IMG/VR virus record: IMGVR_UViG_3300046477_000550
Source: a virus
Strand: one strand, 5' to 3'
Length of the DNA: 64,000 nt
In this document: piece by piece, positions 51,807 through 59,707 of the stretch
Numbering within the stretch: position 1 is the stretch's first letter
Layout: every line of letters begins with the position of its first letter
Translations under genes and position numbers: made by a program
Notes under the pieces: model-generated
Databases searched by the model: none
Told to the model about the DNA's origin: nothing
What the model saw: only the letters and a program-made list of their open reading frames with translations

Positions 51807-52021
51807 CGGGGCACTTCCGGGTCGATGAGGTCGGCAGCGTAGTCCGCGCCGTCCGTGGCGTGTGCCGGGTAGTCGGCGTTCCGAATCTGCTCGGCAAGCT
51901 CGCGGGCCACGGCGTCGTAAACACGCTGAGCCGTACCGTCACCGCGCTGCCAATACTCTCCGGCAAGGTCTTCGATCTGATCCAGTGCGGTGGTCGTATC
52001 GCGGGGATCTCGGTAGACCAT
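51803..52021 (-). CDS. hypothetical small protein
   Basis: 72 aa starting MVYRDPRD. Start abuts the upstream stop (TGATG). Confidence 0.55.
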   Translation of the reverse strand: MVYRDPRDTTTALDQIEDLAGEYWQRGDGTAQRVYDAVARELAEQIRNADYPAHATDGADYAADLIDPEVPR

Positions 52022-52452
52022 CAGCTCGTCGCCTCCCCGGTCCAGCCCCAGCCCTCGGCGAGGTTGCTGACGTGGCGTTCGACACGCTCGTCTCGTCCGC
52101 AGGTGCAGTCCTGGTTGCCGTCGCGGTCTCCGTTGTCGGCGGCGGCGAGACAGCTGTACCAGGAGTCTTCGCACACGTCGTGCTTCTCGGCGAGCAGGTC
52201 GCCGAGCATCTTTCGGTCGGCGGCGATCCGGCGCAGGACGGCAGCCGGGGAGTTGGCGACCACGAAGGCGCCGATCTCCGGGTGGTAGATGGTCGCAAGC
52301 GTGTTGCCGTTGTTCAGGTCGCGGATCTCGTGGACCAGCTCGTCGTACTCCCAGTGCGGCGACCAGGCGCGTTCTGCTGCCGCTTCCGCGTCGCGCTGGG
52401 CCGCGTCCATGGCCTCCCGCAGCCGCACCACCATGCGGTCTGTGTCCGTCAT
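52021..52452 (-). CDS. hypothetical protein
   Basis: 143-aa ORF with balanced composition. Confidence 0.7.
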   Translation of the reverse strand: MTDTDRMVVRLREAMDAAQRDAEAAAERAWSPHWEYDELVHEIRDLNNGNTLATIYHPEIGAFVVANSPAAVLRRIAADRKMLGDLLAEKHDVCEDSWYSCLAAADNGDRDGNQDCTCGRDERVERHVSNLAEGWGWTGEATS

Positions 52453-52566
52453 CGTCGCTTCACCGCCAAGACAAAGGACGGCGCGTCAGAAGCCAGATCG
52501 TGCTGCAGATGAGGCCACACACGCAGAACCCGGTCAGAGCCCCGAACCACCAGTCCGTCGTCACCG

Positions 52567-52854
52567 CTACCTCCCCAGCGTGCACAGGACGTGCAGCGCG
52601 GCGCGGAAGTCGTCGTCGGTTGGCGTGCCGCCCGCACGGTCGCCCTGCACCTCGTGCACGGCCTCGATGGCGCGCTCACGGCCGATACCGACGGCAGCCG
52701 CGCGCACAAGGTAGGAGTCCGCTGCCACTGCGAGCTTCAACGTCTCCGTGACGGCTGACGCAAGCGGGGCCAGCATCAGACCCGCGCTCGCGGCGGCAAG
52801 GCGCGGAAGGTCGTCGATCACATGCGGACGCTGGTCCGCTGGCAACTTGCTCAC
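52567..52854 (-). CDS. hypothetical protein
   Basis: GTG at 52854 overlaps the upstream stop (GTGA). Confidence 0.55.
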   Translation of the reverse strand: MSKLPADQRPHVIDDLPRLAAASAGLMLAPLASAVTETLKLAVAADSYLVRAAAVGIGRERAIEAVHEVQGDRAGGTPTDDDFRAALHVLCTLGR

Positions 52855-53027
52855 CGTTCCGCCTCCAGAATCGTGCCGTCCTCGGCGATGACGCACGCCT
52901 TGCGGAACAGCCGCGTGTGCTTGTGCCGCACGACGGCATGCGCGCACCCGGTATTCGGGCACCACGGGTCGGGAGGATTCCCGGCCCCGTACATCAGCGC
53001 GTCGTCGACAGCATCCCAGCCGCTCAT
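52851..53027 (-). CDS. hypothetical small protein
   Basis: 58 aa starting MSGWDAVDD, with an ATGA overlap. Confidence 0.5.
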   Translation of the reverse strand: MSGWDAVDDALMYGAGNPPDPWCPNTGCAHAVVRHKHTRLFRKACVIAEDGTILEAER

Positions 53028-53221
53028 CCCTGCTCCGCCCACTCGAACCGGATTCCGGCCGCGCGCATCTCCGGCGGCAGCAGCCCCGTCAACTCGTCGG
53101 CCATCGCCGGAAGCGCCTCGTCGAGCCACGCCCGGTACGCGGCCTCACGGGCGCGACCCTCCCGGCACGCCTCGTCGAGGGTGGCGAGGGAGTCGTTCAG
53201 CGAGTCGGGGTAGGCGGTCAC
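53024..53221 (-). CDS. hypothetical small protein
   Basis: 65 aa, with a GTGA overlap. Confidence 0.5.
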   Translation of the reverse strand: MTAYPDSLNDSLATLDEACREGRAREAAYRAWLDEALPAMADELTGLLPPEMRAAGIRFEWAEQG

Positions 53222-53562
53222 GTCTGCTCCCGAGGCGGGACATCCCCGTACTTCCGCTGCCATTCGTCGTCTTGGACGCCGAGCCCGTACTCGTGCATGG
53301 TGCGGTCGCAGACGACATCGGTGTACGCCTTGTCGATCTGCTCAATGGTGCGCCCCATGGTGCGGGCGATCCTTTCCGGGTCGCTGGGCCACTCCGTGTG
53401 CTGCGCCAGGTAGTCGAAGTCCTTCAGGCGCCGCTCGTAGTGGTACTGAAAGTCGGCGCACTGCCTGGCGAGTGCCTGGACGAGCTGGGCGAAGTGGTGC
53501 GCAGGATCGCCCTCCCTGTAGAGGCGGCCGGATGCTGGGTGGGAGTAGCCGGAATCGCTCAT
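53218..53562 (-). CDS. hypothetical protein
   Basis: 114-aa ORF. Confidence 0.7.
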   Translation of the reverse strand: MSDSGYSHPASGRLYREGDPAHHFAQLVQALARQCADFQYHYERRLKDFDYLAQHTEWPSDPERIARTMGRTIEQIDKAYTDVVCDRTMHEYGLGVQDDEWQRKYGDVPPREQT

Positions 53563-53586
53563 GCCGTCAGTATGCAGCGCGGCCGG

Positions 53587-54093
53587 TCACGCCCCGTTGG
53601 GATTCCTCGGTGGGCAGCACATCGGCCACGGGCAGTCGGCTGCGATGTGGTAGTCGCCACGGCACAGGCAGTCCGTACAGCCGCCGAGCAGGCCACGCCG
53701 CCCGAGTCGCCGCGCCTTCGCCAGGAACAGGCGCTCCGGCAGCAGGCCCACCTCTACTTCGAGGGCCTCCTGCACCTTCCACCGGAGCCGCCACACAGAC
53801 CCGTTCGTCGACCCGTCGTAGCCAGGCGTCCGCCGAACCGCGTCCAAGAACACGTCATCGGCGATGTCCTTGCACTGCATGCGACGGCCGTCGACCATGC
53901 GGATCGACGGCGGCTCCGGCTGCGGCTCGGGCGCAGGAACATCCGGACGCGGAAGCCACAACGCGCCCGACCGCCAGAAGACCGACATCGGCACCGGGTC
54001 CACGACGACAGGGTCCATGACCGCCAGTATGCGACCGCCCCGCGACGCCCCGCTCAGCAAAACGGCCCCACCCGAATCGGGCAGGGCCGTCAC
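53587..54093 (-). CDS. hypothetical Cys-rich protein
   Basis: 168 aa ending CTDCLCRGDYHIAADCPWPMCC. Start may be internal. Confidence 0.6.
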   Translation of the reverse strand: MTALPDSGGAVLLSGASRGGRILAVMDPVVVDPVPMSVFWRSGALWLPRPDVPAPEPQPEPPSIRMVDGRRMQCKDIADDVFLDAVRRTPGYDGSTNGSVWRLRWKVQEALEVEVGLLPERLFLAKARRLGRRGLLGGCTDCLCRGDYHIAADCPWPMCCPPRNPNGA

Positions 54094-54103
54094 ATCGCCG
54101 TCG

Positions 54104-54694
54104 CTACTCCCAGCCGCCGGTGAAGTTGGAACTCAGCTGGGCGTCGCAGATGTTGTAGCCACCCGACGCGTGCCCCGTCTTCGTCTTCCCGCCGATCGTG
54201 ATCGAGCAGTGGATGTCGCCCGACCCTTGCAACTGGGCGTTGACGTTGAAGTACATCGCACCCTTGGCCAACGGCAGCGTCGCAGTGAACTTGCCGTCCT
54301 TGAACGCGCCCTTGCGGGTGTCCGAGTCGGAGCCGTAGCCGATGTCGAGCGGCCCGAGCGCGCCGGCCGGGGCGGTACCCCACACCTTGAAGGTGACGAC
54401 ATCGGCCGGCTTGCTGGTCTTCGCGCCGCCGACCTTCGCCTTGCCGCTGCCGCTGCCGCTGGCGCTGTGGGTTGCGGTGGTGGTACTCGGGCTGCTGCTG
54501 GTCTTGTTGCTGCTGCCGCCGCTGTTGACGGCTGCGGCGATGACGCCGATGGCGACGAGCAGTCCGACGATGCCGAGGCATCCGAACCCGATGATTTTCC
54601 CGGCGCTGCGGCCTTTCGGCGGCGGGGGCGGGGCGCCCCATGCGGGTTGTTGCGGTCCGCCCCATTGCGGCTGCTGCGGATGCTGCTGGCTCAT
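54104..54694 (-). CDS. membrane-anchored secreted protein (Gln/Pro-rich N-terminus, one TM, beta domain)
   Basis: 196 aa starting MSQQHPQQ, with a TM segment IIGFGCLGIVGLLVAIGVIAAAV. Confidence 0.7.
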   Translation of the reverse strand: MSQQHPQQPQWGGPQQPAWGAPPPPPKGRSAGKIIGFGCLGIVGLLVAIGVIAAAVNSGGSSNKTSSSPSTTTATHSASGSGSGKAKVGGAKTSKPADVVTFKVWGTAPAGALGPLDIGYGSDSDTRKGAFKDGKFTATLPLAKGAMYFNVNAQLQGSGDIHCSITIGGKTKTGHASGGYNICDAQLSSNFTGGWE

Positions 54695-54831
54695 GCCGTC
54701 CCCCGTTGATGCTGTCCGTCCGAGGTGGGCGAATGTAGTGGATGTGAGCGCGGCGTAAAGGTGATGCGAGCGACCTGTGACACGAACGGGACGAACGGAT
54801 GTGGGGCGCACTGACGGCCAGCGCTAGCCGA

Positions 54832-55038
54832 CTACAGCTCCGGCGTCTCCACGTGCGCGGCTTGGATCTCGATTTCGACCCCGAGCCGCTGAAGCTTGCT
54901 GCCCCAGGAGACGGAGACCGTGACGGGCTCGCTGCCGTTGGCGCCGGACCGCATGGCGTCCTGGACGAACGCGGCCAGCTCGTCGAGGGTCATGACCTGC
55001 CCCTTGGGGGCCTTGTGCTCGATCTTTTTGAGGGACAT
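54832..55038 (-). CDS. hypothetical small protein
   Basis: 68 aa, with AGGAGG 9 nt upstream of ATG 55038. Confidence 0.6.
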   Translation of the reverse strand: MSLKKIEHKAPKGQVMTLDELAAFVQDAMRSGANGSEPVTVSVSWGSKLQRLGVEIEIQAAHVETPEL

Positions 55039-55043
55039 GCGGC

Positions 55044-55295
55044 TCATCCTCCTGCACGTAGGGCGCCAACTGGCGCTTCCGATGATGCGACAGCCCGCGC
55101 GCATCCCCGGCATTCGCCGACCGCCCCGACGACGTACCCGCCGGCAAGCAGCCCGCTCTTCCCGCAGGCGGCGTGCAGCACCCGCCACCACTCCTGCTCC
55201 TCGGGCCGGCGGACGTGGTGCCCGGTGCGGCCGTTCTCGAACCGGACGCCCGGGATCGGGAACTCGTCGGCCAGCGTCGGAGCGGGGGCAGTCAC
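55044..55295 (-). CDS. hypothetical protein
   Basis: 83 aa, with a GTGA overlap. Confidence 0.5.
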   Translation of the reverse strand: MTAPAPTLADEFPIPGVRFENGRTGHHVRRPEEQEWWRVLHAACGKSGLLAGGYVVGAVGECRGCARAVASSEAPVGALRAGG

Positions 55296-55648
55296 CACTG
55301 ACCTCCCATGTGGGAGAGACCGCTGGTCGCGCGGTCGAGGGCGACCCCGGCTTTCGCGAGGAGTTGGCGGGCTTCGTTCAACTCCTGCCGGGCCTTCTCC
55401 GCCTCTTCGCGCACGTCGCTGCCGTTGTCCATGCGGATGGTGTCGGCGTCCCGCATGGCGCGGAGTTCGCCCCAGATCTGTTCGATGGCTTGCGGCATGC
55501 CCCACACGGCCTGCTTGATCTCATTGATGGTGCTGTAGATCTGGGAGGGCTCCTCGAAGGCGCCGCCGCCGATGGTGCGGTGGTTGAGGGCCCGGGTCTC
55601 CTCGGCCACGCTTCGGGCGATGGCGGCGGGTTCGCGGTTCAGGTCCAT
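55292..55648 (-). CDS. hypothetical helical protein
   Basis: 118-aa ORF. Confidence 0.7.
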   Translation of the reverse strand: MDLNREPAAIARSVAEETRALNHRTIGGGAFEEPSQIYSTINEIKQAVWGMPQAIEQIWGELRAMRDADTIRMDNGSDVREEAEKARQELNEARQLLAKAGVALDRATSGLSHMGGQW

Positions 55649-55655
55649 GAGTTCC

Positions 55656-55829
55656 TCAGCAGTAGTAGTGATCGGTCGGGTCGTCGGGCTCGTCGTCCCA
55701 GTCGCGGTCGGCCCAGTGCGCGTCGTCGTACCGGGCGGCTTCGGCCGGGGTTTCGTCCCAGTCCCGCGCCTCGGGTTCGGTCGGCGGCTCCGGGACGGGC
55801 GCCGGGGCGGGCTCGGGCGGGGCGGTCAC
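55656..55829 (-). CDS. hypothetical acidic 57-aa protein
   Basis: GTG overlaps the upstream stop and GC3 is very high. Too short for the ORF track. Confidence 0.5.
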   Translation of the reverse strand: MTAPPEPAPAPVPEPPTEPEARDWDETPAEAARYDDAHWADRDWDDEPDDPTDHYYC

Positions 55830-56368
55830 TGAACGTCCTCTGCTTCGGCGGGGTTGGTGACGGTGACGCCGTCGCGGGTGCGGGACAGAACGCGGTCGTA
55901 GGTGCGCTTGGGGTCGTCCCGGCCGCCTCCGCCGCCGTCGAGGGTGAGCGTCTTCTTGTTGACGCGCTTCACGCGGTAGGTGTCGGCGTGAGTCTCAAAG
56001 GTGCGGACGGTGACGATGTCGCCGACCTGGAAGTCGGCGGGTTCCCATGGGCGGGACCGGGTGGCGACGGTGTCGGCTATCGCGGCCCGCGCGTCGGCGT
56101 CCGCCTTCGCCCACTTCGCTTTCGCCTGGGCGCGTTCGGCGGCCTTGTAGGCGTCGATGGCACGCTCGGAGGCGGCGTCGGCACGGTCCTTGTCGCGCCG
56201 GGCGCTGCGGTAGGAGTGGTGACCGCGAAGGAGGGGCTGACCACCAGCGAACCGGCCGTACATGCCGCGCGCGCGCTCACTCCGCTGTTGCGCTTCGACT
56301 GAGAGTCGGTCGGCCTGCTGCTGGAGTTGTTCTGCTTTGAGCTGCTTGGGCGTCTTCTCTTCGGCCAT
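55826..56368 (-). CDS. DUF3560-like protein (recollection; common on actinobacterial plasmids and ICEs)
   Basis: AGGAGA then ATG 56368. Has GHHSYRSARRDKDRA and a C-terminal GDIVTV...YRVKRVNKKTLTL. Confidence 0.6.
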   Translation of the reverse strand: MAEEKTPKQLKAEQLQQQADRLSVEAQQRSERARGMYGRFAGGQPLLRGHHSYRSARRDKDRADAASERAIDAYKAAERAQAKAKWAKADADARAAIADTVATRSRPWEPADFQVGDIVTVRTFETHADTYRVKRVNKKTLTLDGGGGGRDDPKRTYDRVLSRTRDGVTVTNPAEAEDVQ

Positions 56369-56379
56369 CAGCGGTTCTC

Positions 56380-56655
56380 CTATCGGTTGAGGCCGGGCAG
56401 GTCGCCCCAGCCGTGTACGAGGCCGGGGTTGCAGGCGGCCAAGGTCTTGTTCGCGGTACAGAGTCGGGCGTGCAGCCGTATCGCCGCTTCGGCGCGCACC
56501 TCGGCGGTGCAGGCGGCCAGCGTCCGCCCGGTGAGCAGCCTGCCGCAGAGCCCGGCCTCGTCGACGGCTTCGAGCACGTGGGCGGGGAGTTGCCGGGCGG
56601 CGAGGTCGGCGACCGCATCCGGGACGGGGATGGTGCGCGGCGGGCGGGCGATCAC
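56380..56655 (-). CDS. hypothetical protein
   Basis: 91-aa ORF. Confidence 0.55.
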   Translation of the reverse strand: MIARPPRTIPVPDAVADLAARQLPAHVLEAVDEAGLCGRLLTGRTLAACTAEVRAEAAIRLHARLCTANKTLAACNPGLVHGWGDLPGLNR

Positions 56656-57098
56656 GGCTTGGTCTCCGCTCGCTCCAGCCAGAAACCGTCACTGTGCTCG
56701 TCGCGGTAGCGGCGGCCAATCTCCCAGCCGTTCAGGCGGGCCAGGTCCTGCCACGTCCACCGCAGCCCAAGGGATGCCCAGCCGTCCTCGGGCCGGTTCA
56801 TCAGGTACAGCCGACCGTCATGCGGGTGGACGCGGACCAGGATGCGGTTGTCGAGTGACTGCAAGTCCAGCGGTGCCGCCTGGAAGATCGGGCACGTTTC
56901 GCACTTTCCGTCGGCGATGCACGGCCCGTATCCGCCGTACCCGGCCCGTCGGGTGTCCTGCGACTCGACGAGGTGGCTGTAGTCGCGGGGACGCAGCGCG
57001 CACTGGTCGCCCGCGAGAGATCCGAGCGCGATGCGGTTCCAGCCCTGCCCGTCGGGGCCGCCGTTGCGGTGGCTGGGCGCCGGAAGGTAGATCGGCAT
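56652..57098 (-). CDS. hypothetical protein
   Basis: 148-aa ORF. Confidence 0.7.
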   Translation of the reverse strand: MPIYLPAPSHRNGGPDGQGWNRIALGSLAGDQCALRPRDYSHLVESQDTRRAGYGGYGPCIADGKCETCPIFQAAPLDLQSLDNRILVRVHPHDGRLYLMNRPEDGWASLGLRWTWQDLARLNGWEIGRRYRDEHSDGFWLERAETKP

Positions 57099-57262
57099 CA
57101 GGGGGTTCCGCCCTCGTCGAGGAGTTGGTCGATAAGGGCGCGGGCGAGTTCGGCGTTTCCGTCGTAGTAGATGGTCAGAGCGTGCTCAATGACGGGGCGG
57201 ACGCTCGGGGCGACATCGGGGCGGCTCTGCTCGCGGTGCTTGTTGTCGATGGTGTCGGCCAT
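57098..57262 (-). CDS. hypothetical small protein
   Basis: 54 aa starting MADTIDNKH. Confidence 0.5.
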   Translation of the reverse strand: MADTIDNKHREQSRPDVAPSVRPVIEHALTIYYDGNAELARALIDQLLDEGGTP

Positions 57263-57330
57263 GGCGATCTCCTCGGCGTCGGCGGCAATTCGGTGGTGGG
57301 GCCCGGCCTCGAAAGGCCGGGCGGGGCGGG

Positions 57331-57651
57331 TCAGAAGTTCGGGTCCCGCCGGGGGCACTTGGCGTGGTGCTCGTCGGTGACCCACTTGACCGACGTGACG
57401 GGGGCGCCACAGTCGGTGCACTCGGCGGGGAAGATGGCGATGGTGTCGAGGAACTCGGGGTCGGCGATCCGGACGATCCGCATGAGGAGTCCGCTGCGGT
57501 CGGTGGCGTGCCACTCGTCGATGTCTTGACCGGTGATCTGGGCCTGCTCGATGCCGATCTCGGCGTCTTCGACGGTGTCGTATCCCCAGAAGCTGCCGTA
57601 GTTGTCGAAGTTGACGACGTTCGTCCAGTCGATGCGGGCCTTGGTCTTCAT
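57331..57651 (-). CDS. hypothetical protein, first gene of the 57.6-to-49.7 kb operon
   Basis: 106 aa, GGGGAG then ATG, with a C-terminal CTDCG...HHAKC. Confidence 0.7.
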   Translation of the reverse strand: MKTKARIDWTNVVNFDNYGSFWGYDTVEDAEIGIEQAQITGQDIDEWHATDRSGLLMRIVRIADPEFLDTIAIFPAECTDCGAPVTSVKWVTDEHHAKCPRRDPNF

Positions 57652-57693
57652 GTGAATCTCCCCTGGCTTGCCGTCCTTGGCGATGACTCCATA

Positions 57694-57793
57694 GTTGCAT
57701 CCTCATGTTGCATCGTCAAGAGGTCTCGCAAGGTGACAACTGGAAGATGCATCGCTAGGGTGCCTAGTGAAGATGCGACAGGACGTGGCATCC
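57694..57793. promoter_or_regulatory. divergent promoter region with an array of GATGCATC-type half-sites
   Basis: GTTGCATC at 57694 and 57707, palindromic GATGCATC at 57746, GATGCGAC at 57772, GTGGCATCC at 57785. AT-richer than the flanks. Confidence 0.55.
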
Positions 57794-57801
57794 TTATGGG
57801 C

Positions 57802-58089
57802 ATGACCGCGACCGAGAAGAAGCAGCAGGCAGCGCGCGAAAGGCTCGACGAGCTCGCCTCGGCGTTCGTCAAGGCCGAGGAGCAGCTGGAGACCGCGCGT
57901 ACCGCCCTGAACGAGGGCATCGTCGACGTCCTCAAGGCCCGGACCCTGGGCCCATCGGAGGTCACGCGCCACGTCCCCTACGAGCGCCAGCACGTCGGAC
58001 GCATCTCCAAGGCGGCAGGCATCCCACCCCTGCGCGAACGGACCGTCGTCAGCGCCAAAAGGGCTGCGCCAGAGCCGCCCCCCGAGTAG
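57802..58089 (+). CDS. putative regulator (helical, basic C-terminus)
   Basis: 95 aa starting MTATEKKQQAARERL. The only plus-strand gene at this divergent node. No clear HTH recognised. Confidence 0.6.
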   Translation: MTATEKKQQAARERLDELASAFVKAEEQLETARTALNEGIVDVLKARTLGPSEVTRHVPYERQHVGRISKAAGIPPLRERTVVSAKRAAPEPPPE

Positions 58090-58142
58090 CCCGCTTCCCG
58101 ATTCCCGCCCCGCTCCCCCACCGCCCGCGCCACACTGCCGAC

Positions 58143-58307
58143 ATGACGCTCAGGTTCACGGTCCAGGGCGACGACGAGGCGGAGACGGCCGAGGGCTACC
58201 AGCTGCTGCTGTCGCTGGGCCTCACGCCCCACATGCCGCCGAAATGCCTCACCGACGGGCGATGGATGGCGCGCCGTACCCGATACGACGAAAGCCCCGG
58301 CCGATGA
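58143..58307 (+). CDS. hypothetical 54-aa protein
   Basis: ATG at 58143 with high GC3. Too short for the ORF track. Confidence 0.45.
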   Translation: MTLRFTVQGDDEAETAEGYQLLLSLGLTPHMPPKCLTDGRWMARRTRYDESPGR

Positions 58308-58317
58308 TGGTCGGGGC
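58294..58317. terminator. hairpin between convergent genes
   Basis: GCCCCGGCC-gatgat-GGTCGGGGC. Confidence 0.45.
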
Positions 58318-58332
58318 CCTGCCGTTGTCTGA

Positions 58333-58578
58333 TCAGGCGCCCGCCGCTCCCTTCGCTGCGACCGCGTCGGCCCGCCAGTTGGCGAGGGACTCGGCGCCGT
58401 AGGTGAGGGCGAGAATCCCGGCGAGGGCGGTGAGCGCCGCCGGGACCGCGGCGACAATCTCCGGCACGCCAACCGCCATCAGGGCGACGGTCACGGCGTA
58501 TCCGGCCGACAGCGACGGGGCGAACACGGCGACCGCGATGAACAGTCGGGCGATCGGGCCTAGCTCGGGATGGAACAT
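58333..58578 (-). CDS. small multi-TM membrane protein (Spd-like by position)
   Basis: 81 aa, almost entirely hydrophobic. Confidence 0.6.
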   Translation of the reverse strand: MFHPELGPIARLFIAVAVFAPSLSAGYAVTVALMAVGVPEIVAAVPAALTALAGILALTYGAESLANWRADAVAAKGAAGA

Positions 58579-58594
58579 GGCGGGGCTCCTAGGG

Positions 58595-59047
58595 CTAGTT
58601 GTTGACGTTGGTCTTGCCGAACCACTTCTGGTGGACGTGGACTTCCTTGCGGACGGAGGCCGGCCCGCGGGAGCCGAGGTTGGCGGCGAGGAGGACCAAG
58701 CCGAGGAGGATGGCGAATCCGCTGGTGCCCATGAGGGCGATACCGGCGAACATCTGGCCGGCGCCGAAGCCGACTCCAGCGCCGGCGGCACCGATGCCGA
58801 AGCCGGTGGCGAGGATCTTTTGGGCCTGCGGGTCGACGAGCGGAATAGGCGTGAGGTCCCGAACCGGCTGCGGCTGCATGGCGGCCGGGACCTGCGATTT
58901 CCGCATGGGCACCATCTGGCCGTAGGCGTCCGGCACGTAGACGACGGGGTCACGGTCGTCGTACAGCTCGATTTCGGCGGACTGGTACTGCCGCTGCCCG
59001 TCGGGGGCGGCGTAGCGCTGGTACCGCTCAGGCAGCGGACTGGGCAT
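58595..59047 (-). CDS. membrane protein (Spd-like by position)
   Basis: 150 aa with a Gly-rich TM region GFGIGAAGAGVGFGAGQMFAGIALMGTSGFAILLGLVLL. Confidence 0.65.
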   Translation of the reverse strand: MPSPLPERYQRYAAPDGQRQYQSAEIELYDDRDPVVYVPDAYGQMVPMRKSQVPAAMQPQPVRDLTPIPLVDPQAQKILATGFGIGAAGAGVGFGAGQMFAGIALMGTSGFAILLGLVLLAANLGSRGPASVRKEVHVHQKWFGKTNVNN

Positions 59048-59078
59048 CAGGTCGGGTCTCCTTCGGGCCGGGGTGGGT

Positions 59079-59696
59079 TCAGTTCCAGGGGGCGGCGTTG
59101 CGCTGGCCGCGAATCCAGGCGGTGAGGCGGGTGTCGTCGACGGTGGTTATGCCGACGCGTTCGGCGAACTCGCGGGCGTCTTTGGTGAAGTGGGAGGTGG
59201 TGACGACGGCCGCCCTCTGGCAGCGGTGGATGTCGCGGTAGGTGCCGTTGACGCACTGCACGTCTCCGGATTTGACGTTGTTGCCGATGGCGTACCGCTT
59301 GGCCTGAATGAGGATCCGGTGCTGTGACCTGCTCCAGGGCTGCCACCAGATCGCGTCGGGGGTGGTGGCGAGGACGTCGGCGGCAAGGTCTCCGGCGCCG
59401 CCGACGACCTGCACGTCGGTGCATCCGTCGCGGCGGCACAGGTCGGCGATGTAGTGCTCGAACTGGCCGGCCGACAGACGGTGGGGGTCGGTGGCGCCGG
59501 ATAGGCGTGGCCGTCGTCGCAGTAGAGATCGCAGCCGCTTTCGGAATGCGACCGCGGGGACGAGCACGAGCGCGCCGACCGTGAGGGTGATGACGAGGTG
59601 GTCGGCGACCCACTGTGCGGCGACGATCGCGAGCACGACGAAGACGACGACGGGCCACAGGCTGGTGCGGGTCGCGTGGCGGTTGGCTGCGGACAT
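59079..59696 (-). CDS. membrane-anchored Mrr-like restriction endonuclease-fold protein
   Basis: Two N-terminal TM segments, then GAGDLAADVL...ILIQAKRY (D...QxK of the PD-(D/E)xK fold). Confidence 0.65.
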   Translation of the reverse strand: MSAANRHATRTSLWPVVVFVVLAIVAAQWVADHLVITLTVGALVLVPAVAFRKRLRSLLRRRPRLSGATDPHRLSAGQFEHYIADLCRRDGCTDVQVVGGAGDLAADVLATTPDAIWWQPWSRSQHRILIQAKRYAIGNNVKSGDVQCVNGTYRDIHRCQRAAVVTTSHFTKDAREFAERVGITTVDDTRLTAWIRGQRNAAPWN

Positions 59697-59707
59697 GGTG
59701 GGCCCCT

